Positions 36,620-50,369 of a stretch of DNA of 64,000 bases are shown here, piece by piece. Position 1 is the first letter of the stretch. Each line of letters begins with the position of its first letter. The notes beneath the pieces are model-generated. The model did no database searches and was not told where the DNA came from. It worked only from the letters and a program-made list of their open reading frames with translations. Both the position numbers and the translations under genes were made by a program. The DNA is from Pristiophorus japonicus (taxonomy: Eukaryota), in NCBI RefSeq assembly GCF_044704955.1, contig NC_091984.1:146878001-146942000 (forward strand). Reading direction: 5' to 3'.

Positions 36620-39580
36620 AGAAAGCTCAGATCATACACAGATCGGGAGAACTTTATCCGGGAACAGTGCGGCACACTTGTATAAACACACTTCAGCAAG
36701 GCTTCATGTTGGGGGTCAGTGCAGAAGCTTCTAGATTGCATTTAAAAGCTTGCTGCCCAGCACCGGGGTGACGTCAAGGGTGAGGCTACAATTAGCCTCA
36801 GTGTACCGGGGGTCAGGCAGGGTCACTGCTCCCAATGATCCCGTGACCTCCTGGAAGGTCAGAGTGCGCAGACAATGGGCAAGGGTCAGGATCAGGGCCC
36901 TCCCACTTCAATGAAAGAAAGCCTTGAATTTATATAGCGCCTTTCACAACCTCAGGGCGTCCCAAGATGCTTTACAACCAATTGCACACAGGAAGATTTA
37001 CGAGGATGTTGCGAAGACTGGAAAATTTTAGCTATGAGGAAAGATTGGATAGGCTGGGGTTGGTTTCTTTGGAACAGAGGAGGCTGAGGGAAGATTTAAT
37101 TGAGGTGTATAACATTATGAAGGGCCTAGATAGAGTGGATAGGATGGACCTATTTTCCTCAGCAGACTGGTCATCAACCAGGGCATAGATTTAAAGTAAT
37201 TGGTGGGAGGTTTAGAGGGTATTTGAGGGGAAATGCCTTCACCCAGAGGGTGGTGGGGGTCTGGAACTCACTGCCTAAAAGGGTGGTAGAGGCAGAAACC
37301 CTCACCACATTTAAGAAGTACTTGGATGTACACTTGAAGTGCCGTAACCCACAGGGCTATGGACCAAGAGCTGGAAAGTGGGATTAGGCTGGATAGATCT
37401 TTGTCGGCCGGCGTGGACACGATGGGCCGAATGGCCTCCTTTCATGCTGTAAATTTCTCTGATTCTATGACACTCCCAGACTGCAATGAGATCATGACCA
37501 GATCATCGGTTTTAACTATGTTAGGTGTGGGATAAATATTGGCCAGGACACTGGGAAGAACCCCCTTGTCCTTCCAATCATGATTATGTGAGCTTTCATG
37601 CCCACCTGAGAGTTAGATTTCGTGTAGTTATGTAAAAGGACAAAGATCGAGCAGGAATAAAGGTTCTCAATTGCAGAAAGGCCCATTTTACTAAGCTGAG
37701 AGGTGATTTAACAAAAGTGGGCTGGAAACAGCTACTTGAAGGTAAATCAGTGTCAGAGCAGTGGGAGGTATTCAAGGGGGAGATAGTTAGGGTTCAGAGC
37801 AAGTATGTTCCACAAAGGAAAAGGGTGGCACTCCCAAATCTAGAGCCCCCTGGATGGCAAAGGGCATACAGGGTAGGATAAGGCAAAAAAGGGAAGCTGA
37901 TGTCAGATACCCAGAGCTAAATACTGCAGAAAACCCAGAGGTATATAGGAAGTGCAGGGGTGAAATTAAAAAGGAAACTAGGAATACAAAGAAAGGGCAT
38001 GAAAAAATATTGACAAGTAAAATCAAGGAAAACCCAAAGATGCTTTGTAAATACATAAAGAGCAAGAGGATAACTAAGGAAAGAGTTGGGCCTATTGGAG
38101 AACAAAAAGGATACCTGTGTGTGGAGGTGGAATACGTGGGTATGGTTCTTAGTGAACACTTTGCACCTGACTTCACAGAAGAGAGGGACAATGCAGACAT
38201 TGTAATTAAGGAGAAGTGTGAAATATTAGATGAGATAAACATAGTGAGAGAGGAAGTATTAAGGGGTTTAGCTTCTTGGAAAGTGGATAAATCCCCAGGC
38301 CCGGATGAAATATATCCCAAGCTGTTAAGAGAAGCAAGGGAGGAAATAGCGGAGGCTCTGGCCATCATTTTCCAATCATCCCTGGCTACAGGTGTAGTGT
38401 TGGAGGACTGGAGGACTGCTAAAGTGGTACCTTTGTTTAAAAAGGATGAAAGGGATAGACCTAGTAATTACAGGCCAGTCAGCCTAACCTCGGTGGTGGG
38501 AAAATTATTGGAAACAATTCTGAGGGAGAGGATAAATTTTCATATAGGAAGCGACAGATTAATCAAGGACAGTCAGCATGGATTTGTTAGAGGAAGGTCG
38601 CGCCTGACTAACTTGAGTGAATTTTTTGCGGAGATAACAAGGAGGGTTGATGAATGTTGCACCTTTGATGTTGTCTACATGGAGTTTTGCAAGACATTTG
38701 GCAAAGTCTCACATGGCAGAAAAGTAAAAAGCCCAGGGATCCAAGGGAAAGTGGCAAGTGGGATCCAAAATTGGCTGAGTGGCAGTCTCCCACTCTGTCT
38801 CCGTCTCTTGCTCTCGCTCTCCCTTCCACCACAGACTCCCAGGTGCAGCACACTGAAATGTAGAATAAACCTCCCTGTGCCCTGCCCCACCATGGATGTT
38901 AACGCTTGACCCCATAGCATGCCTTCTCCTGGAGTAAGGCCCCATTCCCCACAGTGGCCATCCCTTTGCCTCTCTCAGTACACTGGCTGTTTAGTGCCCA
39001 ATTAAGGGCTGTTCTATGCTGTGGGCCTATTCTCAGTGGGGACCAGAATGGACAGAAAGCTCATTTCATGAAGGCTCAACAGAGGGAGGAGATCCTCACC
39101 TCATCAGTGTGAGCTGGAGCGACAGGATAAGGACTGACCCACTGCCCCATCCTGTGCGCTCAGAACATCTTCGAATCCCTTCCATGGCCTGGCTCCGGGT
39201 GGTTTTACTGGGATCATGTGCCGATGATCCCAAATTTACACAAAGAAGGGTCCGCACTCCACGTCGGCCATGGACTCCATATCCCACTGGTCCTCCAATC
39301 GGGCCCAGGCAACAAGGCTCCTTCCTATTGGTCCCCCAATAGGGACCAGGAAACATGGCTCCTTCCTATTGGTCCCCAAATAGGGCCCAGGAACCATGGC
39401 TCCTACCTATTGGTCCTCCAATAGGGACCAAGAAACATGGCTCTTCCTATTGGTCCTCCAATAGGGACCAGGATAAATGGCTCCTTTCTGTTGGTCCCGC
39501 AATAGGGACCAAGAAACATGGATCCTTCCTATTGGTCCCCGAATAGGGACCAGGCAACATTGCTCCTTCCTATTGGACCA
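36620..39580 (-). pseudogene. Inverted remnant of an IgL cluster: V-upstream region joined through a CR1 piece to the mid J-C intron; promoter core, leader, V and J absent
   Basis: 38786-39580 is the reverse complement of about 3925-4715; 36620-37612 is the reverse complement of about 11345-12228; a CR1 piece (37613-38785) lies between. Confidence 0.7.
37613..38785 (+). mobile_element. CR1 ORF2 fragment
   Basis: ORF 37854-38909: DKSPGPDEIYPKLL, QHGFVRGRSRLTNL. Confidence 0.88.
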
Positions 39581-39989
39581 CACTGACCTACTGCCCCTGA
39601 CATCCCTGCCCTCTGAAAGTCTGTGCTGAGGGTGAGGTGCCCTGCCATCAGTTATCCTGTTGGCAAGCATCTTGAGAATGTTGGCAAGTTAAAGGCACCA
39701 GATCAATGCAGATTGTGTGTGGATTCCGGGTGAGGACAGTGCTGGACACAGTGGTGAGGCCTCCTACAGTCGGATATCCTGCTGAGAGAGTCCAGGCTTA
39801 CACACGTGGAATGGGGAAGTGGGTGAGGTTGGAACGTGCTGTCGGGGCCCATGGAACTGGACCCCAGCATGAAGCCTTCCTCAGGAGAGGAGAGAGAATG
39901 TTCAGAGCCCTGGGCTCCATTTCCCACACCAGGCATTTCCTGTCCCAGTGAATGAATGAGATGCCAATTTTGTGCCCAGGTTAGGGGCA

Positions 39990-42375
39990 ATCTAGTGCTG
40001 TGGAAAACTGCAAAAGTAATGCCCCTCTTTAGAAAAGGAGGCAGTCAAATAGCAGGAAACTATAGACCAGTTAGGCTAACATCTGTAGTTGGGAAAATGT
40101 TGGAGTCCGTTGTTAAAGAAGCAGTAGCAGGAGATTTGGGAAAGCATAATTCAGTCCGGCAGAGCCAGCATGGATTTATGAAGGGGAAGTCATGCTTGAC
40201 AAATTTGCTGGAATTCTTTGAGGTTGTAAAGAACAGGGTGGATAAAGGGGAACCAGTGGATGTGGTGTATTTGGACTCCCAGAAGGCATTTGACAAGGTG
40301 CCACATAAAAGGTTACTGCGCAAGATAAAAGTTCATGGAGTTGGGGGTAATATATTAGTATGGTTAGAGGATTGGCTAACTAACAGAAAACAGAGAGTCG
40401 GGATAAATGGTTCATTCTCGGGTTGGCAATCAGTAACTAGTGGGGTGCCATAGGGATCAGTGCTGGGACTTCAATATTTACAATCCATATTAACGACTTG
40501 GATGAAGGGACTGAGTGTAATGTAGCCAAATTTGCTGATGATACAAAGATGGGAGGAAAAGCAATGTGTGAGGAGCACACACAAAATCTGCAAAAAGACA
40601 TAGACAAGCTAAGTGAGTGGGCAAACATTTGGTAGGTGGTATATAATGTTGGAAAGTGTGAGGTTATGCCCTTTGCCACAAATAATCATCGAGCAAGTTA
40701 TTATTTAAATGGAAACAAATTACCAAGTGCTTCAGTACAGCAGGACCTGGGGGTCCTGGTGCATGAAACACAACAGGATAGTATGCAGGTACAGCAATTG
40801 ATCAGGAAGACAAATGGAATCTTGGCCTTTATTGCAAAGGTGATGGAGTATAAAAGCAGGGAAGTCTTGATACAATTATACAGGGTATTGGTGAGGCCAC
40901 ACCTGGAAAACTGCATACAGTTTTGGTTTCCATATTTATGAAAGGATAAACTTTCAAGCAGTTCAGAGAAGGTTCATAGAAACATAGAAACATAGAAAAT
41001 AGGTGCTGGAGTAGGCCATTCGGCCCTTCGAGCCTGCACCACCATTCAATATGATCATGGCTGATCATGCAACTTCAGTACCCAATTCCTGCTTTCTCTC
41101 TATACCCCTTGATCCCTTTAGCCTTAAGGGTCATATCTAACTCCCTTTTGAATATATCTAACAAAGTGGCCTCAACAACTTTCTGTGGTAGAAAATTCCA
41201 CATACTCACAACTCTCTGACTGAAGAAGTTTCTTCTCAACTCGGTTCTAAATGGCTTACCCCTTATCCTCAGACTGTGATCCCTGGTTCTGGACTTCCCC
41301 AACATCGCAAACATTCTTCCTGCATCTAATCTGTCCAATCCCGGCAGAATTTTATATGTTTCTATGAGATCCCCACTCATTCTTCTAAATTTAATTGAAA
41401 ATAAGCTTAGTCGATCCAGTCTTTCTTCATTTGTCAGTCCTGTCATCCCGGGCATCAGTCTGGTGAATCTTCGCTGCACTCACTCAATAGCAAGAACGTC
41501 CTTCCTCAGATTAGTAGACCAAAACTGTACACAATATTCAAGGTGTGGCCTCATCAAGGTCCTGTACAACTGTAGTAAGACTTCCCTGCCCCTGTACTCA
41601 AATCCTCTTGCTATGAAGGCCAACATGCCATTTGCTGTCTTCACCGCCTGCTGTACCAGATGTGTCATTTAGCAAGATGCGCTTCAGGTGCCTGGAGGTG
41701 CTCTTCACCACTCACCAGTGAGGATGTACAGGATAATCTGGTGTGCTGCATTGTGCAAAACATAGCACAGCAATGAGGACTATTTGTGCAGGAGGAACCA
41801 GTGGCTCAGCACTCCTCATCTGATCTGCATTCCAATGAAGTGGAGGAGGACAAGGAGCAGGAAGAGGAAGAAGAAGCCGCCAAAGTCACCACTAGGATAA
41901 TTCCGGGGATGAGGGGGTTGACTTATGAGGAAGGTTGAGTCAGTTGTGCCTTGCTCATTGGAATTTAGAAGAATGAGAGGTGATCTTATCGAAACGTATA
42001 AGATTATGAGAGGGATCGACAAGGTGGATGCAGAGAGGATGTTTCCACTGATAGGAGAGACTAAAACTAGGGGGCATAATCTTAGAATAAGGGGCCACAC
42101 ATTTCCAACTGAGATGAGGAGGAATTTTTCCTCTCAGAGGGTTGTGAATCTGTGGAATTCGCTGCCTCAGAGACCTGTGGAAGCTGGGTCATTGAATAAA
42201 TTTAAGACAGCGATCGACAGTTTCTTAACCGATAAGGGAATAAGGGATTATGGGGAGCAGGCATGGAAGTGGAGCTGAGTCCATGATCGGATCAACCATG
42301 ATTTATTAAATGGTGGAGCAGGCTCGAGGGGCCGTATGGTCTACTCCTGCTCCTATTTCTTATGTTCAATATGTT
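39990..42375. mobile_element. Pile-up of CR1 fragments in both orientations with a short Harbinger-like transposase remnant (about 41670-41790)
   Basis: CR1 RT motifs in ORFs 39956, 40636, 41075 and 41925; MRFRCL...VCCIVQNIAQQ resembles a Harbinger transposase C-terminus. Confidence 0.75.
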
Positions 42376-42959
42376 CTTAAAGTGAGGAGGAGTGGGACTA
42401 ATTGGGTAATTCTTTCAAAGAGCAGGCACAGGCACGACGGGCCGAATGGCCTCCTTCTATGCTGTAAGATTCTAGGCTGTGAGCGCAGTTCACAGTTTTC
42501 TCCCATGTCATTAACAAACGTACAGCTGTGACAACCTCCATCTTTCACTTCCTCTGTGGGTGAAGTTTCATTCTTCCGATCTGACAATCTCTTCAGTTAT
42601 TTTTTGCACGGGGGATTTCTGCTGTGGTCTGAGTCTCTAATAATAACCGTCCAATCAGGCAGAATAACAGCAGCTCGGACCGGCTAGGACAGCGGACCCA
42701 GGCTCAGTACTGACCCTGCAATGTCCTCCTCACCAACATCTGGGGACTTGTGTCAAAAGTGGGAGAGCTGCCCCACAGACTAGTCAAGCACCAGTCTGAC
42801 ATTGTCCTACTCACAGAATCAGACCTTTCAGTCAATGTCCCACAGCCCACCCCTCACACCGCACCCCCCCACCCCCCGAATCCCGTGAACCCTTAAACAG
42901 TAACCCTTTTGAAGAAGAGTCTGTTCTGAGATTCTGGGTCTGAGAGATTCTGTGCTGAG

Positions 42960-45900
42960 AAAACAATCACTATCACTACAGAAAAAGTACTCGGTAACAT
43001 AATGGAACTAAAGGTAGACAAGTCCCCTGGACCTGATGGCCTGCATCCTCGGCTCTTAAATGAAGTGGCTGCAGAGATAGTGGATGCATTGGTTGCAATC
43101 TACCAAAGTTCCCAGAATTCTGGAGAGGTCCTAGCAGATTGGAAAACTGCAAATGTAACGCCCCTATTTAAAAAAGGAGGGAGACAGAAAGCAGCAAACT
43201 ATAGACCAGTTAGCCTAACATCTGTCGTTGGGAAAATGCTGGAGTCCATTATTAAGGAAGCAGTAGCAGGACATTTGGAAAAGCATAATTCAATCAAGCA
43301 GAGTTAGCATGGTTTTATGAAGGGAAAGTCATGTTTGACACATTTGCTGGAGTTCTTTGAGGATGTAACGAGCAGGGTGGAAAAGGGGGAACCAATGGTT
43401 GTGGTGCATTTGGATTTCCAGAAGGAATTCAATAAGCTGACATAAAAGATTACTGCGCAAGATAAGTTGGTCCCTCGAGCCTGCTCTGCCATTAAATAAG
43501 ATCATGGCTGATCTGATCACGGAGTCAGCTCTACTTCCCTGCCCGCTCTCCATAACCCTATATTCCCTTATCGCTCAAAACTCTGTCGATCTCCGCCTTA
43601 AATATATTCAATGACCCAGCCTTCACAGCTCCCTGGGGCAGAGAATTCCATAGATTTACAACCATCTGAGAGAAGAAATTCCTCCTCATCTCAGTTTTAA
43701 ATGGGCGGCCCCTTATTCTGAGACTATGCCCCCTAGTTTTAGTTTCCCCTATGAGTGGAAATATCCTCTCTGCATCCACCTTGCCGAGCCCTCTCATTAT
43801 CTTGTATCTTTCGATAAGATCACCTTTCATTCTTCTGAACTCCAATGAGTATAGGCCCAACCTACTCAACTTATCTTCATAAGTCAACCTTCTCATCCCT
43901 AATTGCCCTTGAGAAGATGATGGCGAGCCGCCTTCTTGATCCGCTGCAGTCCTTGTGGTGAAGGTATTCCCAAAGTGCTGTTATTGAGGGATATCATTCC
44001 AGTGTGTGGGTTTATCACTCCATTGGAGGCACTGAGGCCGATGAACACCGTAAACCAGAGACAATCGTATTGGAGGGCAACTATTAGAAAAGGAAGATTG
44101 AGGTTATAATTCAAGAATATCATAAATGGAGGAACTATTTTAAAAAGTGATCACACAAGAATAGAGATGATGATTTGTCCAGCCTGGCAAACAAGGATAT
44201 CATTGCAAAGAGTGTAGAAAAATGGTCAAGTCAAATATTACAAGATTCAGTCCCCATGGAGGAGGGGGACACAATTCTCTGCGACTTAGAATACCTTCTC
44301 TCCGATATCTCGGATACGCTGTTCACCATGACGCAGCAGACAAAGCCATGGCCAAATGCAGGCCGGGGCCATTAGAGGGAGCAGCACCTGCTGATGCACT
44401 GTGGGCAGGTACAGCAGGAATGGCAATGTCAGGACGAAGGAGCGGCAATAGTTTGTAGAATGATGTGATCGGTGCCCAGGAGAGGCGAGGGCCCAGGGAC
44501 AGCACGGGCCAGCCCACATTGTTATATATGTGCGCACTAGGTCCATGCAGCAGAGCTGGTCTCCAGTCCTCTTGGTTAATCCTTGCCACTAGACCAAGGC
44601 CTAGCTCTTTCAAGCCCGTGTAGTGCCTGATGTGCAACGGCCACCACACGTTAAAAAAAGTCCATGCACAGACATCTTCCACCCTTCAGGATGTAGTTTG
44701 GGATCTGGAATAGCAATGAAATACCTGTGAACTCATCCCTTTTCGGCATGGAAGCAAGTCATCCTCGTTTCGAGGGACTGCCTATGATGATGATGACATT
44801 GAGGAAGTTCCACGATTTTGACCTCGTGACGATGAAGGAACAGAATATACGTTTCCAAGTCTGGATGGTGTGTGACTTGGAGGGGAACTTGGAGGTGATG
44901 GTGTTCCCATGCGCCGGCAGCACTTGTCATTCTAAGTGGTAGAGGTCGTGGGTTTGCGAGGTGCTGCCGAAGAAGCCTTGGCCAGTTGCTACAGTGCATC
45001 TTGTACATAGTACACACTGCAGCCACGGTGCGCCGGTGGTGGAGGGAGTGAATGTTTAAGGTGGTGGATGTAGTGCCAATCAAGCGGGCTCCTTTGTCCT
45101 GGATGGTGTCGAGTATCTTGAGAATTGTTGGAGCTGCCCTCAGCCAGGCAAGTGGAGAGGTTCCATCACACTCCTGACTTGTGCCTTGTAGATGGTGGAA
45201 AGGCTTTGGGGAGTCAGGAGGTGAGACACTTGCCGCAGAATACCCAGCCTCTGACCTGTTCTTGTTGCCACAGTATTTATGTGGCTGGTCCAGTTAAGTT
45301 TCTGGTCAATGGTGACCCCCAGGATGTAGGTGGTGGGAGGTTTGGCGATGGTAATGCCGTTGAATGTCAAGGGGCAGTGGTTAGATTCTCTCGTTGGGAG
45401 AATGCTCATTGCCTGGCACTTGTTTGGTGTGAATGTTACTTGCCACTTATAAGCCCAAGCCTGAATGTCGTCCAGGTCTTGCTGCATGTGGGCATGTGCC
45501 AGTTCATTGGATATATTCAAGAGGGAGTTAGATATGGCCCTTACGGCTAAGGGGATCAAGGGATATGGAGAGAAAGTAGGAAAGGGGTACTGAGGGAATG
45601 ATCAGCCATGATCTTATTGAATGGTGGTGCAGGCTTGAAGGGCCAAATGGCCTACTTCTGCACCTATTTTCTATATTTCTATGCTTCATTATCTGAAGAA
45701 TATTAATTAAGGAAAGCCAAAATGGATTTGTTAAAGGCAAATTGTGTTTAGCTAATTTGATTGAGTTTTTTGATGAGGTAACAGAGAGGGTTGATGAGGA
45801 CAATGCAGTTGACGTATTCCAAAAGGCATTTGATAAATGCCACATAATAGGCTTGCCAGCAAAGTTGGAGCCCATGGAATGGGGAATGGTAGCATAGTGG

Positions 45901-47245
45901 TAATGTTACTGAACTCGTAATCCAGAGACCTGAACCAATAATCCACAGACATGAGTTCAAATCACATCACAGCAACTGGGAAATTTAGATTCAGTTAATT
46001 AAATAAACCTGGAATAAAAAAGCTAGTGTTAGCAATGGTGACCATAGGAACATAGAAAATAGGTGCAGGAGTAGGCCATTCGGCCCTTCGAGCCTCCATC
46101 GCCATTCAATAAGATCATGGCTGATCATTCCTTCAGTACCCCTTTCCTGCTTTCTCTTCCTACCTCTTAACCGTAAGGGCCATATCGAACACCCTCTTGA
46201 ATATATCCAGTGAACTGGCATCAACATCTCTCTGCGGCAGGGAATTCCACGCGTTAACAACTCTCTGAGTGAAAAAGTTCTCCTCATCTCAGTCCTAAAT
46301 GGCCTACCCCTTATCCTAAGACTATGTTCCCTGGTTTTGGACTTCCCCAACATCGGGAACATTCTTCCTGCATCTATCCTGTTCAGTCCGGTCAGAATCT
46401 TATATGTTTCTATGAGATCCTCTCTCATCCTTCTAAACTCCAGTGAATAAAGGCCCGGTTGATCCAGTCTCTCCTCATATGAGAGCCCAGCCATCCCTGG
46501 AATCAGTCTGGTGAACCTTCGCTGCACTCCCTCAATAGCAAGAATGTCCTTCTTCAGACTAGATGACCAAAACTGAACACAATATTCCAGGTGAGGCCTC
46601 ACCAAGGCCCTACACAGCTGCATTAAGACCTCCCTGCTTCTATATTCAAATCTCCTTGCTATGAAGGCCAACATACCATTTGCCTTCTTTACTACCTGCG
46701 TGTCCACTTTCAGTGACTGATGAACCATGGCACCCAGGTCTCGTTGCACCTCCCCTTTTTCTAGTCTGCTGCCATTCAGATACTATTCTGCCTTCGTGTT
46801 TTTTCATTTATCCACATTATACTGCATTTGCCATGTATTTGCCCACTCACCTAACCTGTCCAAGTCACCCTGCTGCCTCTTAGCATCCTCCTCACAGCTC
46901 ACAATGCCACCCAGTTTAGTGTCATCTGCAAATTTGGCGATATTACACTCAATTCCTTTATCTAAATCATTAATGTACATTGTAAAGAGCTGGGCTCCCA
47001 GCACTGAGCCCTGCAGCACTCCACTAGTCACTGCCTGCCATTCTGAAAAGGACCCGTTTATCCCGACTCCCTGCTTTCTGTCTGCCAACCAGTTCCCTAT
47101 CCACATCTGTATATTAGCCCCAATACCATGTGCTTTGATTTTGCACACCAATCTCTTGTGCGGAACCTTGTCAAAAGCCTTTTGAAAGTCCAAACACACC
47201 ACATCCACTGGTTCTCCCTTCTCCACTTTGCTAGTTACATCCTTA
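42960..47245. mobile_element. Nested LINE/SINE fragments (CR1, an RTE-tailed element at about 44460-44797, another LINE RT piece at 44800-45490)
   Basis: RT motifs KFADDTKLGG, DFQKAFDKVPH, WQVTFTPNKCQAM; RTE-type tail GAGGGACTGCCTATGATGATGATG. Confidence 0.75.
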
Positions 47246-47290
47246 TGTGGTTGACATTTAACTGCCCTGTGAACTGGCCCAGTGAGTCAC

Positions 47291-48007
47291 TGTAAGATGT
47301 GTGGATTTACCCCTCACCCCATCCAACAGTTTATAGAGTTCGGACCCATGGAACAGACAGCTCAAGACAAAGGTTTCTGGAATAAGTTCTCTTTACTTAA
47401 AATCAACAAGAGGTTACAAGTAAGCCTCTAATAGTACTGTTACACACAGTAATCCCGGATTATAAATAAGCCTCTAATAGTATTGTGACAAACTTTCGCA
47501 GCTTTTTTATACCCCAAAACTGGGCAGTCCCTCAGTGTGTCCGTGTCCCATTCGATGGGAGTAATGGGCAGTCCCTCAGTGTGTCCGTGTCCCATTTGAT
47601 GGGAGTAATGGGCAGTCCCTCAGTGTGTCCGTGTCCCATTCGATGGGAGTAATGGGCAGTCCCTCAGTGTGTCCGTGTCCCATTCGATGGGAGTAATGGC
47701 CGTAGATATTCTTCTCCTCTCCTGATCAACCAACTAGACAGTTAATCAGTGGGCCTCAAAACTGGAGACTTCATGTGTGCTGATGTTCCTGTTTCTGGGT
47801 CTGTTCTCGCAAAGCTCTCACGGTCTGAAGGCCACTATTTCCCTTACCTGTGAAACACAGCTTTCGAAGTAGCTCAACCACAGGACAGCTTGCAGCGTTC
47901 AGCAGCTTTAATGGACATTTGTGCAGCAGAAAGTCCTGTTGGTCTCGTGAGGCATGCTGGTACATAAAATCTGGTCAAGTTACAGCAAACTTGTACAAAA
48001 TCTTACC
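47291..48007 (-). mobile_element. Solo LTR (717 bp) with four 44-bp tandem repeats in putative U3
   Basis: Ends TGTAAGA/TCTTACC; flanks TCAC/CCAC; TATAAAA and AGTAAA on the minus strand; repeats at 47521-47698. Confidence 0.72.
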
Positions 48008-48129
48008 CCACTCAGTTGTACCAAACCGCTATTAATAAAAGGAACAGCGGTTCTTCTCAAGGGCAATTAGGGATGGGCAATAAATGCTGGCCTTACCGGC
48101 GATGCCCACATCCCAGGAACTAATAAAAA

Positions 48130-49545
48130 AAATAAAAGGGACAGTGGCAGCATGGATACAAAATTGGCTAAAGGACAGGAAACGGAGAGTAGTGGTGAAT
48201 GGTTGTTTTTCGGACTGGAAGAAGGTATACAGCGGTGTTCCCCAGGGGTCAGTACTGGGACCACTGCTTTTCTTGGTGTGTATTAATGACTCGGATGTGA
48301 GTACACAGGGCGCAATTTCAAAATTTGCAGATGAAACAAAACTTGGAAGTACAGGTTGTACCTCTCTTATCCAGAATTCCCTTATCCGGAATCACTTCTC
48401 GTCCAGAACCATTCCCGGCCACTCCGACATGAACAAATTGAAGAAATTGAAGTCCTTCCTCATTGCCAACTCTCGCAATCGCTGGCCTGACCCCGTGATC
48501 CACCGCCCCTCCTAATGATCTCTCTACCACACTCCCAGCCCCAAGCCAGCCAGCCCCGATATCCCCTTGCTCAGTACCTCTACCATCCAATTTAACATGA
48601 CCATCCCTCGTCTGGAAAAATCCCTTATCCAGAACAGGCCAGGTCCCGAGGGTTCCGGATAAGGGAGGTTTAATCTGTACAGTGATCAATGAGGAGGATA
48701 GTGATAGGCTTCAAAACATAGACAGGCTGGTGGAATGGGCGTAGACTTGGCGATGAAATTTAACGCATAAAAGTGCAAAGTGATACATTGTGGCAGAAAG
48801 AATGATGAGAGGAAATATAAACTAAGGATTATAATCCTAAAGCGGGTGCTTGAACCTAGAGACCTGGGGGTATATGTGCACAAGTCGTTTTAGGTGGCAG
48901 GGCAGGTTGACAAAACGATTTCAAGAAAGCATACGGGATCCTGGGCTTCATAAATAGAGGCATAGAGTACAAAAGCGTGGAAATTATGATGAACCGAAAC
49001 ACAACACTAATTTGGCCTCAACTGGAGTATTGTGTCCAAGGAGGTGAAAGCCTTGGAGAGGGTGCAGAGGGTATTGACAGGAATGGTTCCAGGGATGAGG
49101 GACTTCAGTTACGTGGATAGACGGGAGAAGCTGCGGTTGTTCTCCTTGGAGCAGAGAAGATTGAGAGGAGATTTGATCGAGGTGTTCAAAATCATGAGGG
49201 GTCTGGACAGAGTAGATAGAGAGAAACTGTTCCCATTGGCTGAAGGGTCGAGAACCAGAGGACACAGATTTAAGGTTTTTGGTAGAAGAACCAAAGGCGA
49301 CATGAGGGAAAACTTTTTTTACGCAGCGAATGGTTAGGATCTGGAATGCTCTGCCTGAAAGGGTGGTGGAGGCAGACTCAATCGTGGCTTTCAAAAGGGA
49401 ATTGGATAATAACCTGAAGGTAAACAATTTGCAGGGCTATGGGGAAAGGGCGGGGGAGTGGGACTTGCTGAAGTGCTCTTGCAGAGAGCTGGCACATGCT
49501 CGATGGGCTGAATGTCCTCCTCCTGTGCTGTAACCATTCTATGAT
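48130..49545 (+). mobile_element. CR1 RT to 3' end, interrupted by a MITE
   Basis: [37 protein letters not shown]. Confidence 0.85.
48352..48677. mobile_element. Tc1/mariner-superfamily (Tigger/pogo-like) MITE
   Basis: 25-bp imperfect TIRs CAGGTTGTACCTCTCTTATCCAGAA / TTCCGGATAAGGGAGGTTTAATCTG with TA on both sides. Confidence 0.8.
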
Positions 49546-50369
49546 TCAGTGAGTTGCAAATGGAACTGAACACTGTGCAGTCATCAGTGAACATCCCCAC
49601 TTCTGACCTTATGGTGGAGGGAAGGTCATTGGTGAAGCAGCTGAAGATGGTTGGGCCTAGGACACTGCCCTGAGGAACTCCTGCAGCGATGTCCTGGGGC
49701 TAAGATGATTGACCTCCAACAACTACCACCATCTTCCTTTGTGCTCGGTATGACTCCAGCCAGTGGAGAGTTTTCCCCCTGATTCTCAATGACTTCAGGT
49801 TTAATGGGCCCCTTGATGCCACACTCGGTCAAATGCTGGCTTGATGTCAAGGGCAGTCACTCTCACCTCACCTCTGGAATTCAGCTCTTTTGTCCATGCT
49901 TAGACCAAGGCTGTAATGAGGTCTGGAGTCAAGTGGTCGTCGCAGAACTCAAACTGAGCATCTGTGAGCAGGTTATTGGTGAGTAAGTGCCGTTTGATAG
50001 CACTGTTGATGACAACTTCCATCACTTTGCTGATGATTGGGAGTAGACTGATGGGGCGGTAATTGGCCGGATTGGATTTGTCCTGCTTTTTGTGGACAGG
50101 ACATACCTGGGCAGTTTTACACATTGTCGGATAGATGCCAGTGTTGTAGTGTACTGGAACAGCTTGGCTAGCGACACGGATAGTTCTGGAGCACAAGATT
50201 TTAGCATGACAGCCGGGATGTTGCCGGGACCCATAGCCTTTGCTGTGTCCAGTGTGCTCAGCCGTTTCTTGATATCACATGGAGTGAATTGAATTGGCTG
50301 AAGACTGGCTTCTGAGATGGTGAGAACATCAGGAGGAGGCCAATATGGATCATCCACTCGGCACTTCTG

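Noticed and set aside
43960-44460. Possible coding exon
   Set aside because: Short, unrecognised frames embedded among repeats; cannot be supported.
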